Assembly (NCBI GenBank): GCA_963765765.1
Contig: CAVXYC010000020.1
Span: 288,001 to 352,000 of the forward strand
Direction: 5' to 3'
DNA: 64,000 bases
Source: an uncultured Chloroflexia bacterium
GTDB taxonomy: Bacteria; Chloroflexota; UBA6077; JACCZL01
Part shown: piece after piece, positions 61,658 to 64,000 of the stretch
How the letters are laid out: every line of letters begins with the position of its first letter
How positions within the stretch are numbered: the stretch's first letter is position 1
Notes under the pieces: generated by a model
The model's input: the letters and a program-made list of their open reading frames with translations, nothing else
Database searches by the model: none
Told to the model about the DNA's origin: nothing
Translations under genes and position numbers: made by a program

Positions 61658-62302
61658 TTACTGGACCGGATCGTCGTTGCCCGGTGATACGGGCGTACGA
61701 CCTACGATCTCATCAACGAGGTGATACTCCTTTGCAGCCTCAGCGCTCATGAAGAAGTCACGATCCATATCGCGTGATATTCGTTCCTCATCCTGACCAC
61801 TGTGGTAGATCAGGATGTCCTTGATACGTGACTGGAGCCGAAGCACCTCACGCGCCTGGATCTCAATGTCCGCAGCCGTTCCCTGGAATCCGCCGGCAGC
61901 CTGGTGGATCATAATGGTCGAGTTCGGCAGCGAGTACCGCTTACCTTTGGCCCCGCCTGTGAGCAGCACGGCGCCCATGCTCGCCGCCATGCCCACGCAC
62001 GTCGTGGAGACGTCAGGGGTGATGAGCTGCATCGTGTCATAAATCGCGAGCCCGGCGTTCACGTATCCGCCAGGACTGTTGATGTACATCATGATGTCCT
62101 TTTCCGGATCCTCGCGCGCGAGGAACAGAAGTTGGGCAATGATGAGGTTCGCAACGTTATCGTCGATTCCAGAGCCCAGGAAAACGATCCGCTCCTTGAG
62201 AAGGAGGGAATAGATGTCGTACGCGCGCTCTCCGCGATTCGTAGTCTCGATGACCATCGGGACTACTTGATTCTTGATTCGTTCTGGCGTCCAATCGCTC
62301 AT
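61658..62302 (-). CDS. clpP: Clp protease proteolytic subunit
   Basis: [30 protein letters not shown]. Confidence 0.97.
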   Translation of the reverse strand: MSDWTPERIKNQVVPMVIETTNRGERAYDIYSLLLKERIVFLGSGIDDNVANLIIAQLLFLAREDPEKDIMMYINSPGGYVNAGLAIYDTMQLITPDVSTTCVGMAASMGAVLLTGGAKGKRYSLPNSTIMIHQAAGGFQGTAADIEIQAREVLRLQSRIKDILIYHSGQDEERISRDMDRDFFMSAEAAKEYHLVDEIVGRTPVSPGNDDPVQ

Positions 62303-63664
62303 GGTTTAGATTCTCCAACTGCCGCGGTCTGAGTCTCCTCAGCCGCGGTCTCCGATTCTTCTTTTTCCGTCTCTTTCGGCTTTCCATCGCCGCCTAACGC
62401 CAGATCCACGAGAGCCGCGGTGGCCTTGCGCTCGCGCAGCATGCCGGCGATGCGCTCTCGTGCAGCTTCACGCGCCATCGCCTGCTCCACAAGCTTGGGG
62501 CCGTTCTTGTCGCCCCCAACGGCCGTCTCTAGCTCTGAACGAATCTCATCGTCCGCGATGTCGATGGCCTCAGCTTTGGCGACTTCCTGCACCACAAGCG
62601 AACGTCGCACGGAACGTTCCGCGCGCTCATGGAAGCTCTTCTTCAGCGCTTCTTCTGATTCTCCAACAACAGAGATGTACTGATCGATCGGTATTCCCTG
62701 CGCACCCAGAGTTCGCTCTAGCTCGTGGAACATCTCGTCGGCGCGCTCCTCCACCATTTGAGGCGGAATATCGAGCGTTGCCTGGTCCGCAACAGCCGTC
62801 AGGACTTCATCAAGATGCTTACTTGCCGCCGCCTGTCTCTCACGACTTTCAAGGTCTTCCTTCACCGCGTCGCGTAGCGCCTGGATCGTCTCGTACTCAC
62901 CGACCGTTGCCGCAAAGGCATCGTCGGCCTCGGGAAGCTGCTTGGCCTTGATCCAGTGGATCGTCGCCGTGACGTCAACCGACTTGCCCTGCAGACGCTC
63001 GGTTTCGAAATCCTCGGGAACGGCTACGGTGTAAGCGATCTCGGCGCCAACTTCCTTGCCTACCAGGTGATCGCTGAATTCGGGGACTGGATTGACGCCT
63101 TCCGGATCAACAATGAACTCGGCATCACTGGCCTCGATCACTGTGTCCTCGCCGTCTTTCACCGCCGCATCGAGTCCTATCAAATCGCCGCCCTCTATGG
63201 GTCGCTCCACCGGCGTCCATTCGGCGTTTGATTGCCGCAGTCGCGTAATGACATCATCGATCTGCTCATCGGTGATATTCACCTCGTCCAGGGGGATCTT
63301 GACGTCCCGATAGTCGTCCGAGGGTCACCGTGGGCCGAATGGGGACCGTAGCCTTCACCTGGAGTGGGCTGATGTTCACCACCTCGAGCTTCGGGCGAGC
63401 GGCTGGAGTCAGCTGCTGCTCTTCGAGTGCATCCTCGAACACACTCGGAACGAGTTGTTGAACAGCGTCATCGAGCAACGCCTCTGGACCAATCATCCGC
63501 TCCACGAGCTGGCGAGGCGCTTTTCCGGGTCGAAACCCTGGCACTTTGACGCGCGTTACGGCGCGCCGATAAGCCTGATCGAGGGCCTTGTCAACTCGGT
63601 CCTGATCGACCTCAATGTCCAGTACAATCTGGCTTTGTTCGATGGGGGTCGCGGTAACCTTCAC
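62299..63664 (-). CDS. tig: Trigger factor (1-nt frameshift near 63318)
   Basis: GTG 63664 after GAGGAG; [10 protein letters not shown] ribosome-binding motif. Joins ORF 62299-63282 via L(G)DYRDVKI. Confidence 0.93.
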
Positions 63665-63773
63665 GCTCGAGTATCTCCTCGTTTCGACCGGTCCAAAACG
63701 CCGGGTCGCGCCGATAAACGGGACGGGCGTCGCCGAGCGCAGGTGGTACAAGCCCCGCCGGGGCCCACCTGAC

Positions 63774-63803
63774 ATTCTAGGCCATGCAAAACCGGGTCAG
63801 CAA
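63774..63803 (-). promoter_or_regulatory. Probable tig-clpP-clpX promoter
   Basis: TTGCTG, 18 nt spacer, TAGAAT on the minus strand. Confidence 0.5.
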
Positions 63804-63914
63804 TGTCAAACAGGTTAGAACCTTGTCACAGTTGATGTTCAAATTTCCCGAAGGATTTGGTGCTCTATCCAGTAGTTCGTCGTGGAAAGCCTACCAGATG
63901 ATCGTTATCAGCGA

Positions 63915-64000
63915 ATGCGTTTAAATCGTCTCAACGACCTGACACCCAAGGCGTGGATTCGCTTCCAGAAAAGCTGGTTCGTGCATGCGCCACCCAAACG
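63915..64000 (+). CDS. N-terminus of a probable N4/N6 DNA methyltransferase (runs off the window)
   Basis: MRLNRLNDLTPKAWIRFQKSWFVHAPPK resembles, from recall, the LNDL...W....KSWF start of a methyltransferase family in which HPAKFP follows. Only 28 codons are visible. Confidence 0.5.
   Translation, partial: MRLNRLNDLTPKAWIRFQKSWFVHAPPK

Noticed and set aside
63665-63914. tRNA often found upstream of tig
   Set aside because: No cloverleaf or T-arm consensus in a suitable stem.

Overview
A GC-rich bacterial core-genome window, probably Chloroflexota. This is inferred from the RecG N-terminal extension, the large coiled-coil insertion in RpoC, the 4-repeat S1 and the fabG-nusB-acpP order. It carries ispD-radA-clpC-rpsA, recR-ybaB-dnaX-recO-rimM-khpA-rpsP, a UbiA-family phosphoribosyltransferase, the continuous rpoBC-str-S10-spc-alpha-truA-rplM-rpsI supercluster, radC-mreBCD-rodA-SPFH, fmt-rpe, rpmB, fakA-degV-recG-rsmD-coaD, yceD-rpmF-fabD-fabG-nusB-acpP-tatC, tig-clpP-clpX-cupin, and the start of a probable DNA methyltransferase. 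I saw no rRNA, tRNA, CRISPR array, prophage or transposase, and no clear novel multi-gene system. The strongest signals are: (i) about 17 single-base frameshifts in mostly essential genes, 12 of them at CCGG, which looks like a sequencing-error footprint of CCGG methylation; (ii) a REPIN-like inverted doublet at 12299-12425; (iii) a divergent IF-1 in the canonical infA position; (iv) structured RNA candidates in the rpsL-rpsG spacer and the rpoB leader; (v) an elongasome operon lacking mrdA/PBP2; (vi) a tuf gene with much higher GC3 than its neighbours. All calls come from reading the sequence and recalling motifs; no searches were run.
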